This document shows positions 17,046 through 25,458 of a DNA stretch of 38,023 nucleotides, piece after piece. The notes under the pieces were generated by a model. The model saw nothing but the letters and a program-made list of their open reading frames with translations. It did not search any database and was not told the origin of the DNA. The stretch is taken from the NCBI GenBank assembly GCA_965279515.1, contig CBDIID010000001.1:1-38023 (forward strand), in the 5' to 3' direction. The stretch is from Turneriella sp. GTDB taxonomy: Bacteria; Spirochaetota; Leptospiria; Turneriellales; Turneriellaceae. Position numbers and translations under genes: made by a program. The first letter of the stretch is position 1. Each line of letters starts with the position of its first letter.

Positions 17046-17584
17046 TGCAAACCAGATTAACAGTCAGCCCTGAGACAGCCCATAAGGCAGAAGAAGTTCT
17101 TACAGATTTTGAAAGTATCCGCAAGAAGCTGGCTGAATTAAAGATCGGCTATGAGCGCTGGCAGGCTGAAAAACCCCTGAGCGAAACAGCCACGCCTGAA
17201 GAAGTGGCGGCGGCCTACCGGTCTTCGATTGATAAGATCATGAGCCAGGGTTACAAAACATTTGATGTTGTTTCACTCCATCCCGAGGCGCCGAATGCAG
17301 CCGAAGCGCGCGCCCGGTTCATAAATGAACATACGCATGGCGAAGATGAAGTGCGGTTTTTTGTCGATGGTTCAGGAATGTTTTATATCCGCGCCGGCGG
17401 TAAGGTTTATATGCTGTTGTGCACGAAAGGCGATTTTATCAATCTGCCGGCCGGCACGACGCACTGGTTTGACATGGGGCCAAAGCCGTTTTTTAAGGCG
17501 ATTCGTGTTTTTAACAATCCCGAAGGCTGGGTGGGCAAATTCACCGGAGACACCATTTCAGAAAGATTTCCGAAGTACGAATAA
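17045..17584 (+). CDS. mtnD: Acireductone dioxygenase
   Basis: EHTHGEDEVRFFVDGSG, PAGTTHWFDMG, GWVGKFTGD. Confidence 0.93.
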   Translation: MQTRLTVSPETAHKAEEVLTDFESIRKKLAELKIGYERWQAEKPLSETATPEEVAAAYRSSIDKIMSQGYKTFDVVSLHPEAPNAAEARARFINEHTHGEDEVRFFVDGSGMFYIRAGGKVYMLLCTKGDFINLPAGTTHWFDMGPKPFFKAIRVFNNPEGWVGKFTGDTISERFPKYE

Positions 17585-18289
17585 GTGGCCAAAACCATTC
17601 GCGCGGTCGTCTGTGATATCGAGGGCACGACTTCTTCGATATCGTTTGTGCACCGGGTTCTTTTTCCGTTGTCGCTCGATAAGCTGTCGGAATACCTGGA
17701 CGCCCATTTTGCAGACGACGATGTTGCGAAGCAGCTCGAAGTGCTTTGGCAGAAAATTCAGCCGCCGGCCGGTGCGGATAAAAAGAAGTTATTGCTCGAG
17801 ACCTTGCAGGATTATATACGCAAAGATGTAAAGGATACGACGCTCAAGTGGGTTCAGGGGAAAATCTGGCAGGTAGCGTTCGAGAGCGGGCAGATTAAAG
17901 GTCATGTTTATCCCGAGGTGCCGGATTTTTTCCGCCGCTGGACATCCGACAATCTAAAACTCTTCATTTACAGTTCTGGCTCTGTCGAAGCGCAAAAACT
18001 GATGTTTCGTTATTCGGAAGCCGGCGACCTCGCAGAATATCTCAGTGGTTATTTTGATACAATGACGGGAATGAAGCGTGAAGCGCCTTCGTATGGAAAG
18101 ATCGCTGCAGCGACGGGGTTTGCGCCCGGCGAAATGCTTTTTCTCTCAGACATTGTAGAGGAGCTGAACGCTGCGAACGCCGCTGGCATGCAGACCTGTC
18201 TTTTGCTGCGTGACGGTTCGGCCGCGCCGGCTGGTTATGCAGGCGCCAGGGCGGGCGATTTCGGAGAAGTTAACGCGCAATTTTTTTAG
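17585..18289 (+). CDS. mtnC: Enolase-phosphatase E1 (acireductone synthase)
   Basis: DIEGTTSSISFV, LKWVQGKIW, IYSSGSVEAQKL, LFLSD. Confidence 0.93.
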   Translation: MAKTIRAVVCDIEGTTSSISFVHRVLFPLSLDKLSEYLDAHFADDDVAKQLEVLWQKIQPPAGADKKKLLLETLQDYIRKDVKDTTLKWVQGKIWQVAFESGQIKGHVYPEVPDFFRRWTSDNLKLFIYSSGSVEAQKLMFRYSEAGDLAEYLSGYFDTMTGMKREAPSYGKIAAATGFAPGEMLFLSDIVEELNAANAAGMQTCLLLRDGSAAPAGYAGARAGDFGEVNAQFF

Positions 18290-18322
18290 TTGTCTCTGCC
18301 GTTCGGCGGGTGAAAGCACCGC

Positions 18323-19807
18323 ATGGCAAAACCTTTTATCATTACCATCGATCAGGGCACCACGGGTTCGCGGGTGTTTCTGATCTCAGAACGCGGCGAA
18401 GTGATTTCGAGCGCCTACGAAGAATTTACACAGCATTTCCCCCGCCCTGGCTGGGTTGAGCATGATGCCAATGAAATATGGACCAGTGTTTCGCGGCTAT
18501 TGGGAAAGGCTCTTCAGGGCTCGGGTCTCAAGGCCTCTGACGCTGCAGCGATAGGCATCACGAACCAGCGTGAAACAACTGTTATCTGGGAAAAGGGTAC
18601 GGGTAAGCCGATTCATAATGCGATTGTCTGGCAATGCCGGCGCACAGCCGATTATTGCGAGCAGCTGAAAAAAGAAGGCAAGGCGGATGTCTTTCGTAAT
18701 AAAACCGGCCTCGTGCTCGACGCATATTTTTCCGGTACCAAGATCAAATATATTCTCGACAATGTTTCGGGCGCACGTGCGCGCGCGGAGAAGGGTGAAT
18801 TACTTTTTGGAACCATCGATTCGTTTCTTCTTTATAAACTAACGGGCGAGCACAAGACCGATTTTACCAACGCTTCGCGCACATTAATCTTTAATATCCA
18901 CGAGCGCAAGTGGGATAGCGAACTCTGTCAGATTCTGCATATCCCCGAGAATATTCTGCCGACAGCACAGGCGTCGAAGAGTCTGTTCGGCAAGACCAAG
19001 GGGCTCTCTACGCTACCCGACGGAATCCCTGTCTATGCGATGATCGGTGACCAGCAGTCTGCTCTCTATGGCCAGCTCTGCCACAGCCCTGGTGAGGCCA
19101 AGAACACCTATGGTACCGGCTGTTTTGTCGTTATGAATCTCGGTGATAAGTTCTTACAGAGCAAGCACGGGCTCATCACGACGCTGGCCTGCGATGCCAA
19201 CGGCGAACCTGTATACGCGCTCGAAGGTTCGATTTTTATCGGTGGTGCAGTAGTCCAGTGGTTGCGTGACAAAATGCAATTTTTTGACGATTCGACGAAG
19301 TCAGAGAGCCTGGCGAAATCGGCTTCCCAGGAATCCGATGTGGTTTTCGTTCCGGCTTTCGCAGGCTTGGGCGCGCCATACTGGGATCAAAATGCCCGGG
19401 GTGCAATCCTGGGTCTTACCCGTGATACCACCGCCGGTCAGATTACGCAGGCGGCGCTGAAGGCGATTGCGCTGCAGTCATACGACGTGATTGCAGCAAT
19501 GCAGGCCGATAGCGGCCTCAAATTGCCTTCGCTCAAGGTCGATGGCGGCGCGACACGGAACCATTACCTGATGGAATTTCAGGCTGGTGTGTTAAATTCG
19601 TCAGTCGTGGTTCCGCGGAACGCCGAAACAACTGTATTGGGTGCTGCATATCTCGCCGGCCTCGGCGCGAAAGTCTGGTCGTCGCCCGATGACCTCAAAG
19701 GGTTGAATCCACCTGCGGCAACCTACCACCCGGTGATGGGCGCGCCACAGCGGGAGCGCGAGCTTAAACTCTGGAAAGATGCTGTGGGAAGAATTTTGAC
19801 GAAGTGA
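18323..19807 (+). CDS. glpK: Glycerol kinase
   Basis: DQGTTGSR, GITNQRET, GDQQSAL, KNTYGTG, PAFAGLGAPYW, LKVDGG. Confidence 0.96.
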   Translation: MAKPFIITIDQGTTGSRVFLISERGEVISSAYEEFTQHFPRPGWVEHDANEIWTSVSRLLGKALQGSGLKASDAAAIGITNQRETTVIWEKGTGKPIHNAIVWQCRRTADYCEQLKKEGKADVFRNKTGLVLDAYFSGTKIKYILDNVSGARARAEKGELLFGTIDSFLLYKLTGEHKTDFTNASRTLIFNIHERKWDSELCQILHIPENILPTAQASKSLFGKTKGLSTLPDGIPVYAMIGDQQSALYGQLCHSPGEAKNTYGTGCFVVMNLGDKFLQSKHGLITTLACDANGEPVYALEGSIFIGGAVVQWLRDKMQFFDDSTKSESLAKSASQESDVVFVPAFAGLGAPYWDQNARGAILGLTRDTTAGQITQAALKAIALQSYDVIAAMQADSGLKLPSLKVDGGATRNHYLMEFQAGVLNSSVVVPRNAETTVLGAAYLAGLGAKVWSSPDDLKGLNPPAATYHPVMGAPQRERELKLWKDAVGRILTK

Positions 19808-20284
19808 TCAGGCGTCTTTGACAGCTTTGAGAATATCGAGTGCATGTGTCTTCACGGAAACTTTTTCGAAGACGTGCGTGATTTTTCCCGCAGTGTCGAT
19901 AACGAAGGTGGAGCGCAGGATGCCCATGTATTTTCTGCCGTACATGGACTTTTCAGCCCACACGCCGAATGCTTCGGTGACTTTTCCGGTGTCGTCGAAA
20001 AGTAGCTGGAAATTGAGATCGTGATTATCAATGAACTTTTTATGCGCTTTTTCATTGTCGCGCGAGCAGCCGATAATGTTGAACCCGGCTTTTTTTAAAG
20101 CGGCACTATTGTCACGGAAGCATTGCGCCTCGGTTGTGCAGCCGGGGGTGTTGTCTTTCGGGTAAAAGTAGAGAATGAGTTTTTTTGCTTTATAGAGTTC
20201 AGAAAGTTTAATTTTACGGGGTTCGCCGTCGCCGACCAGTATACCGGTCAGCGCGGCGGGTATTTTTTTTCCCGCGGTCAGCAT
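19808..20284 (-). CDS. bcp: Peroxiredoxin BCP/PrxQ
   Basis: YFYPKDNTPGCTTEA, MYGRKYMGILRSTF. Confidence 0.92.
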   Translation of the reverse strand: MLTAGKKIPAALTGILVGDGEPRKIKLSELYKAKKLILYFYPKDNTPGCTTEAQCFRDNSAALKKAGFNIIGCSRDNEKAHKKFIDNHDLNFQLLFDDTGKVTEAFGVWAEKSMYGRKYMGILRSTFVIDTAGKITHVFEKVSVKTHALDILKAVKDA

Positions 20285-20499
20285 TACTTGAGTTTGCCCA
20301 GAATGCCTTTTTCCTGAAGGTATTTATAGAACGTGTCACGGTTCTTTGGTTTGTATTTCGCTCCACCGTCTTTTTTCCATGTGCGGCAAGCAGTTTGCAT
20401 TTTGTCGACGTTTTCTTTCGACGAACCCTTCTTGAAGTGCTTTAATACCGTTATCATTTCGTGTTCCTGCTCGCAGGCAACCAGATGTTTATCAGCCAT
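20284..20499 (-). CDS. Small basic hypothetical protein (71 aa)
   Basis: agggggc RBS, TAATG coupling with bcp. Confidence 0.65.
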   Translation of the reverse strand: MADKHLVACEQEHEMITVLKHFKKGSSKENVDKMQTACRTWKKDGGAKYKPKNRDTFYKYLQEKGILGKLK

Positions 20500-20511
20500 A
20501 ATAGGCCCCCT

Positions 20512-21120
20512 TTAGTTTTCGCGAGAGGTATAGTTTGCCCCGGCGCCGTCAATTGCTTTTACAAGTTCAATTGCAGCGTGATGCAGAACATCGATGATTT
20601 TTTTTCGGCGCTTGCCGAACTCATCATTGTTTAAGGCAGGCACATGAACAAAGAGCGCAGGGAGTCTGAGACGCGATGAAAGCATTTTATAGTAGATGAA
20701 ATTGCACAAGTAGGTTCCGGCATTGTCGCTAACAGATAAGAATTTTTTTCCTGAGTGAAAACGCCGCCGCAGCGCAGTGCCAATTTTTGTTACCGGCAAG
20801 GGGGATGTAATTCTTTGGGCTGAATTTTTCGCAATGGGGATTAATCCCCGTTTTGAGATTCTTTGATTTCGTGCTGTCGTCTCTAAGGTGAGGGCAGTGG
20901 AAGTTTTTTCGCCGAGCAGCAGTACGGCGTCCGGTTTATGGTGAACGAGATGTTTGCGCAGGGTCGGCCAGGCGTGATAAAAGTTTACGGGAAGGATTGC
21001 GAATCGATAGGATAAAAGGCCTATTTGATTGTGACCATTGCGCAGCTCCGAAAGCAGATCTTGTGAGGTGTTGCAGGTTCTTCCGCCGAAAGGTTCAAAT
21101 GCGGTAACGAGCAGTTTCAA
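20512..21120 (-). CDS. pcp: Pyroglutamyl-peptidase I
   Basis: KLLVTAFEPFGG, LETTARN, AGTYLCN, FVHVP (E/C/H triad); TTG start at 21120. Confidence 0.88.
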   Translation of the reverse strand: MKLLVTAFEPFGGRTCNTSQDLLSELRNGHNQIGLLSYRFAILPVNFYHAWPTLRKHLVHHKPDAVLLLGEKTSTALTLETTARNQRISKRGLIPIAKNSAQRITSPLPVTKIGTALRRRFHSGKKFLSVSDNAGTYLCNFIYYKMLSSRLRLPALFVHVPALNNDEFGKRRKKIIDVLHHAAIELVKAIDGAGANYTSREN

Positions 21121-21219
21121 GAAGCAACACCTGAGCTTTTGGTATTGCCTGAAGCAGAGTGTCAATGAAATGTCATTTAAAACTTGCCGGGGACAGTTCT
21201 GTGCTATATTTTACCAAGT

Positions 21220-22191
21220 ATGAAACAATACTTAATATACTTTAGCGTCCTCGCCGCGGTATTGAACTGTGGCCCTAAAATAGACCATGCTGAAGTTCGC
21301 AACCGCGCGAAATCAGCATTTGGCACCTTGCCGGCGAAAATACCTGGTTCTGAAAAAGACACCCCTGAACTGATCGCCTTGGGTAAAACCCTCTACAACG
21401 ATCGCCGCCTCTCCATCAACGATACGCAATCGTGTGCAAGCTGCCATGTGATTGAAGGTAAGAAAGGCGGCGTCGACAACACTAAGTTTAGCCCTGGTGC
21501 GAAAGGCAGTTTGGGCGGCCGCAACGCCCCTACAGTGCTCAACGCCGGCTTCCATTTTGTCCAGTTCTGGGATGGCCGGGCTGCGACCTTGTCTGACCAG
21601 GCTAAGGGGCCGATTCTGAATCCCGTCGAGATGGGCATGCCGAATGAAAAGGCCGTGCTTGAGAAACTTTCGAAGATTGCAGAATATAAAGAGGCTTTTG
21701 CCAAGGCATTTCCCGGTGCGAAGAATTCTATCACTTACCAAAATCTTGCTGATGCGATTGCAGCGTTTGAGCGCACGCTGATCACGCATGACCGCTTGGA
21801 TGATTATCTGAACGGCGACGATAAGGCGCTGACAAAAGAAGAAATCCTGGGTATGCAAACCTTCATGACGCAGGGATGCACAACCTGCCACATCGGGCCC
21901 TTGCTCGGTGGCAACAGCTACCGCAAAATGGGTCAGGCGAAACCGTATGAGACGAAAGATCTCGGGCGCTACGAGGTGACAAAAAAAGAAGAAGATAAGT
22001 TTATGTTCAAAGTTCCATCGTTGCGCAACATTGCTTTGACTGAGCCATACTTCCACGATGGTTCTGCCGCAACACTTTCCGAAGCTGTTGCAAAAATGGC
22101 AGTCCACCAGCTGGGCAAACAGCTCGGCGAAAAAGAAGTCGGCCAGATCGTGACTTTCCTCAAAGCTCTTACAGACAAAGAACGTCTCTAA
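21220..22191 (+). CDS. Di-heme cytochrome c peroxidase, probable lipoprotein
   Basis: CASCH and CTTCH, RNAPTV, QFWDGRA, FKVPSLRN, PYFHDGS; signal ending AVLNC resembles a spirochaetal lipobox. Confidence 0.92.
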   Translation: MKQYLIYFSVLAAVLNCGPKIDHAEVRNRAKSAFGTLPAKIPGSEKDTPELIALGKTLYNDRRLSINDTQSCASCHVIEGKKGGVDNTKFSPGAKGSLGGRNAPTVLNAGFHFVQFWDGRAATLSDQAKGPILNPVEMGMPNEKAVLEKLSKIAEYKEAFAKAFPGAKNSITYQNLADAIAAFERTLITHDRLDDYLNGDDKALTKEEILGMQTFMTQGCTTCHIGPLLGGNSYRKMGQAKPYETKDLGRYEVTKKEEDKFMFKVPSLRNIALTEPYFHDGSAATLSEAVAKMAVHQLGKQLGEKEVGQIVTFLKALTDKERL

Positions 22192-22199
22192 ACAGGGCA

Positions 22200-22232
22200 G
22201 GGTGGGGGATCTCCCCCGCCCTCCAATTCTTT
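22200..22232 (+). terminator. Hairpin after cytochrome c peroxidase
   Basis: gggtggggg-atct-cccccgccc stem followed by a pyrimidine-rich tail. Confidence 0.5.
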
Positions 22233-22271
22233 AACCTCTCAACATTTTTCACCCAAGGCCGATAAACGAAT

Positions 22272-23027
22272 ATGGCCCGCTATGCGATTTATGCTCTGCT
22301 GCTTGTTCTGCTCAATGCCCTGAGTTCCGCTTCTGCAGCGAATGTCGACAATGACTACAGAGATGCGCTCTCTTTATTCCAGCGCCGGGACATTGCATCC
22401 TGCCTGCGTACCATCACCCTCCTGGAGAGAAATCTCGAACAGAAAGCAGACCATGCGGATTCACAGGCCCTGATCGCCTATGCCTATGCGCACCAGGCTT
22501 TTATCCTTTCGCAGATCGGTGAATCCGGAGCTGACTACCTGAATTCCGCCGACGCCTTCTCGAAGGCTGTGCTTGCGCAGCAGCCGCAGAATCCATTTGC
22601 GCGCAAGGCAAAACTTTTGTTGCAGCTCATCGGCGGTAATTTTGCCGATGTGCGCAAGACCTTTGAAAAAGAGCTGACGGATAAAGAAACCGACGCAGAT
22701 CTTTGGTATATGTCTGCGGTTGCCGGCGATGCCGACAAAGCCGCAAAGTCACTCGGCACGGCACTCCGGCTCAACGCCGATCTGGTGTGGATTTACACCG
22801 ACATGGCCTTTCGTGCGCTCAAGATGAATGACCTCTCAACCGCGGAAAAGTGGCTGCGCGCGCTCGAGGCGCGCAAACCCGGCATTGCCGACATCGATCT
22901 CTTAAAGGCTACCATTGCGGCGCAGAGGCAGGATAAAAAGACAGTCCAGGCATCATGGAGCGATTTCTCGCGCAAGGCGCCTGATTTTGCACTCGTCGCC
23001 CGGTTTGCTGGCCGCGCTAAAAAGTAA
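22272..23027 (+). CDS. Exported TPR-like helical repeat protein
   Basis: Signal peptide; TPR-like segments (AVLAQQPQNPFA, ALRLNADLVWIY). Confidence 0.7.
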   Translation: MARYAIYALLLVLLNALSSASAANVDNDYRDALSLFQRRDIASCLRTITLLERNLEQKADHADSQALIAYAYAHQAFILSQIGESGADYLNSADAFSKAVLAQQPQNPFARKAKLLLQLIGGNFADVRKTFEKELTDKETDADLWYMSAVAGDADKAAKSLGTALRLNADLVWIYTDMAFRALKMNDLSTAEKWLRALEARKPGIADIDLLKATIAAQRQDKKTVQASWSDFSRKAPDFALVARFAGRAKK

Positions 23028-23537
23028 TCATTGCAACGGCAGGGTGCTTCTCAACCCGGCATCCGAGTTCAATACATCTATCAGCAATTTCAGTAATTCA
23101 CAGCGCGGTAGATCAGCGCGTGCCTTCCAGCGGTCCTGGAGCGGGGCTGTTTGCGCCGGCGCAGTTGTGCACTTGGCCGTGTCAGACATCGCGAGTACAA
23201 ACGGTTCGGCGACGGGGTAGGGGAGCACCTGCCAACGCATGTCGAGGTAGACATGCGCCATTTCATGCATGAGATCGGTGAGCTTGGCGCTACGCCTCAG
23301 AATTCTGCCTCTCTTGCGGTCGAGAGCCGATTGCATTTTTGAGCCGCCTTTGATTTCAAAGAAGTAATTCCGCCCGGTGCAAACCATGAGCTCGTCAGGG
23401 AACCGCGCCGCGCCATAAGTTTCGTTAAAAAGCCGCCAAAACGTCTGCGCCCCGGTTGTCTTCACAAGCGGCATGCATTCAGCATAGAGCGCCGCTGAAG
23501 AGAGCAGGCTAAATATCAAAACGATTGCGGGTTTCAC
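23028..23537 (-). CDS. Small exported HExxH zinc-metallopeptidase-like protein; spans the unit seam (5' end also at 1-63)
   Basis: GTG 23537 gives signal MKPAIVLIFSLLSSAALYA; HEMAH motif with downstream E (PVAEPF). Confidence 0.65.
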   Translation of the reverse strand: MKPAIVLIFSLLSSAALYAECMPLVKTTGAQTFWRLFNETYGAARFPDELMVCTGRNYFFEIKGGSKMQSALDRKRGRILRRSAKLTDLMHEMAHVYLDMRWQVLPYPVAEPFVLAMSDTAKCTTAPAQTAPLQDRWKARADLPRCELLKLLIDVLNSDAGLRSTLPLQ

Positions 23538-23727
23538 AGTTCGGGCAGAGAATGTCAACCTGACCTTTGACGCGCGAGTTGCCGCTTTTGTCGACCAGCT
23601 TGCCCACGGCGGTGAATTGAAAGTCGAGGCCTTCGGCATGGTAGTTGCCTTTACCATACTTCGCGGTGCCTTCCATAATGTAACCACAGGCGTGGCATTT
23701 AACCTTTAAACGAATCTTCTCAGCCAT
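23509..23727 (-). CDS. Zinc-ribbon protein (copy 2)
   Basis: Identical translation to 35-253. Confidence 0.75.
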   Translation of the reverse strand: MAEKIRLKVKCHACGYIMEGTAKYGKGNYHAEGLDFQFTAVGKLVDKSGNSRVKGQVDILCPNCETRNRFDI

Positions 23728-24668
23728 TAGTTGTTAAAGAAAATTCTGTAAGGCGCGGATGCCATGTCATTCAGTTTTTCATTTGCATACTTTGCGTAAT
23801 CGAGCAGCAAAAGATAGATCGTTTCTTCGTGCAGCAGGCGGGCGCTGAAACTTTGCCCGTCGTAAGCCACGCTTTGCTCCAATTTTGCCATGTTGGTCTT
23901 GATGGCCGGCAGGTTCTTGTTGAGGTCGTATACCAGAAATTCACTGACGCTGTTGACGCGCGAGAGCATGGTGTAAAGATCTGAACTCGTAGAATTAATT
24001 ATGCCAAAAAAAGTATTCATTGTTCCTGTTGCCTGGCGTATCGTTGCGCGTACGGCATGGCGCTGGATATACGGGGTTCGTCGCAGATCATCGACCGTTT
24101 TTTTCAGCTGTTGCAGCCGCTTTTCGAGAATGCTCATATGCCCGCCTTCAGATTTTATGGCATCGTAATATTGCTGAAACATGATTGTCGAATTGATAAT
24201 TTTTTCCAAGGGCATGGAGTGATCAAGCGAATAAAATGCTTCGTTGAACGTCGACGGTACAATTTCGATATTGATAAATTTGGCGCCAAAATAGCCCCAC
24301 GAGCTCAGTGAAGCGCGGCTGCCGGTTTTGGGAATCGGAAAATCCGTGCGAATCTTTGCGACGATGCGGTGGCCAGACATGTCAGATGTCAGGTGCTCGA
24401 CCTCACCGATTTCCAGCGCACCCTGGTAGCGGACCTTTGTTCCGGGGCGGATATCCTCGATAAAAGTCGCGGAGAAAGACATGCGGTAATAGTCCAGGGA
24501 GCGGGCAATGCTGCGCGTGCCGAAATACCCCAAAAAAATCGCGAAAAACATCAGGACGGCAAAACCGATCAGAAGCGTAATTCGATCCGGGTTGCGTATC
24601 GAATCCCAGAACGACAACCATTCGGCGGTCGTCGCGGTTTCAGCTGGTTTTTTTTCTGAGGTCAGCAT
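23727..24668 (-). CDS. MlaD/Mce-family protein (copy 2)
   Basis: Identical translation to 253-1194. Confidence 0.8.
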   Translation of the reverse strand: MLTSEKKPAETATTAEWLSFWDSIRNPDRITLLIGFAVLMFFAIFLGYFGTRSIARSLDYYRMSFSATFIEDIRPGTKVRYQGALEIGEVEHLTSDMSGHRIVAKIRTDFPIPKTGSRASLSSWGYFGAKFINIEIVPSTFNEAFYSLDHSMPLEKIINSTIMFQQYYDAIKSEGGHMSILEKRLQQLKKTVDDLRRTPYIQRHAVRATIRQATGTMNTFFGIINSTSSDLYTMLSRVNSVSEFLVYDLNKNLPAIKTNMAKLEQSVAYDGQSFSARLLHEETIYLLLLDYAKYANEKLNDMASAPYRIFFNN

Positions 24669-25455
24669 GCAGAATCTGGACGGCGTTCATTGCCGCTTCC
24701 GAACCCATCTTGTTCTTCTCATAACACAGCAAGAGGATTTTCCGGCGATCCGGAAGATGCTCGAGATACAGAAAGGCGATGCCGAAGTTCCGTTTTCCCT
24801 CAAGCACTGTTCCGGTTTTTCCTGCCAAAAAGCGGAAACGCCGGTTCTGCCGAAGCGCGCGGCAAAAATCAGCCAGCGTGCCTTCGCAGGTTTGTCTTAA
24901 ACCGTCCATAATTGTTCGCGCGGCCGGATTTCCATTCTCTTCGGCGCCGAGCAGCGCAGTGTACATGGCCAGTAGTTTATCTGCTTCGATGCCAGCGGGC
25001 AGGTCAAAGCCATAGACATTCACGGGTTTCACAATTTTCAGATCGGCCGGCCAGTCAAACCGCTGTCTCAGCCATGCTTCATATTCCGCCAAGTTGAGAC
25101 CCATAAACCGCGACAGGAAGTAATAGTTGCAGCTCTGCACCAGCGCGGTTTGTAAGGTCATGGCGCCATGGCCGGCCGGCGTCCAGCAGCGCAGGCGATC
25201 CGTACGTTTTTTCTCGGGCGGGCAAAAAATCGTCTCATCGGCTTTAAAACCCTTTTCGAGCAAATACCAGGCGGCAAAGGGCTTGAGAAGCGAGCCAACA
25301 GGCGCGGCCATGGTCTGGTTCTGCTGGTTGAGAATGGTGTATTTTCCCCCTGCATACTCCGCCATGACAAATGCCGACTTTTTTTCGGCCGAAAGGGCTA
25401 ATCCTGAAAACAGGAAAATCAAAATTGGATTTACGGCGGCTTTAATTTTGCGCAT
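24640..25455 (-). CDS. Transpeptidase-fold protein (copy 2)
   Basis: Identical translation to 1166-1981. Confidence 0.8.
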   Translation of the reverse strand: MRKIKAAVNPILIFLFSGLALSAEKKSAFVMAEYAGGKYTILNQQNQTMAAPVGSLLKPFAAWYLLEKGFKADETIFCPPEKKRTDRLRCWTPAGHGAMTLQTALVQSCNYYFLSRFMGLNLAEYEAWLRQRFDWPADLKIVKPVNVYGFDLPAGIEADKLLAMYTALLGAEENGNPAARTIMDGLRQTCEGTLADFCRALRQNRRFRFLAGKTGTVLEGKRNFGIAFLYLEHLPDRRKILLLCYEKNKMGSEAAMNAVQILHADLRKKTS

Positions 25456-25458
25456 TCA

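Larger units (their letters stand above)
1..23474. repeat. First (complete) copy of 23,474-bp unit; probable circular secondary replicon
   Basis: Position 1 (gcattcagcatagagc) recurs at 23475; the ORF track repeats with offset 23474-23482; the gene spanning the seam (23028-23537) is intact. Confidence 0.95.

Noticed and set aside
21313..22107. Long antisense ORFs (e.g. 264 aa here, 12208-12747, 15844-16392)
   Set aside because: Shadow frames opposite well-supported genes, with no motifs or translation signals.
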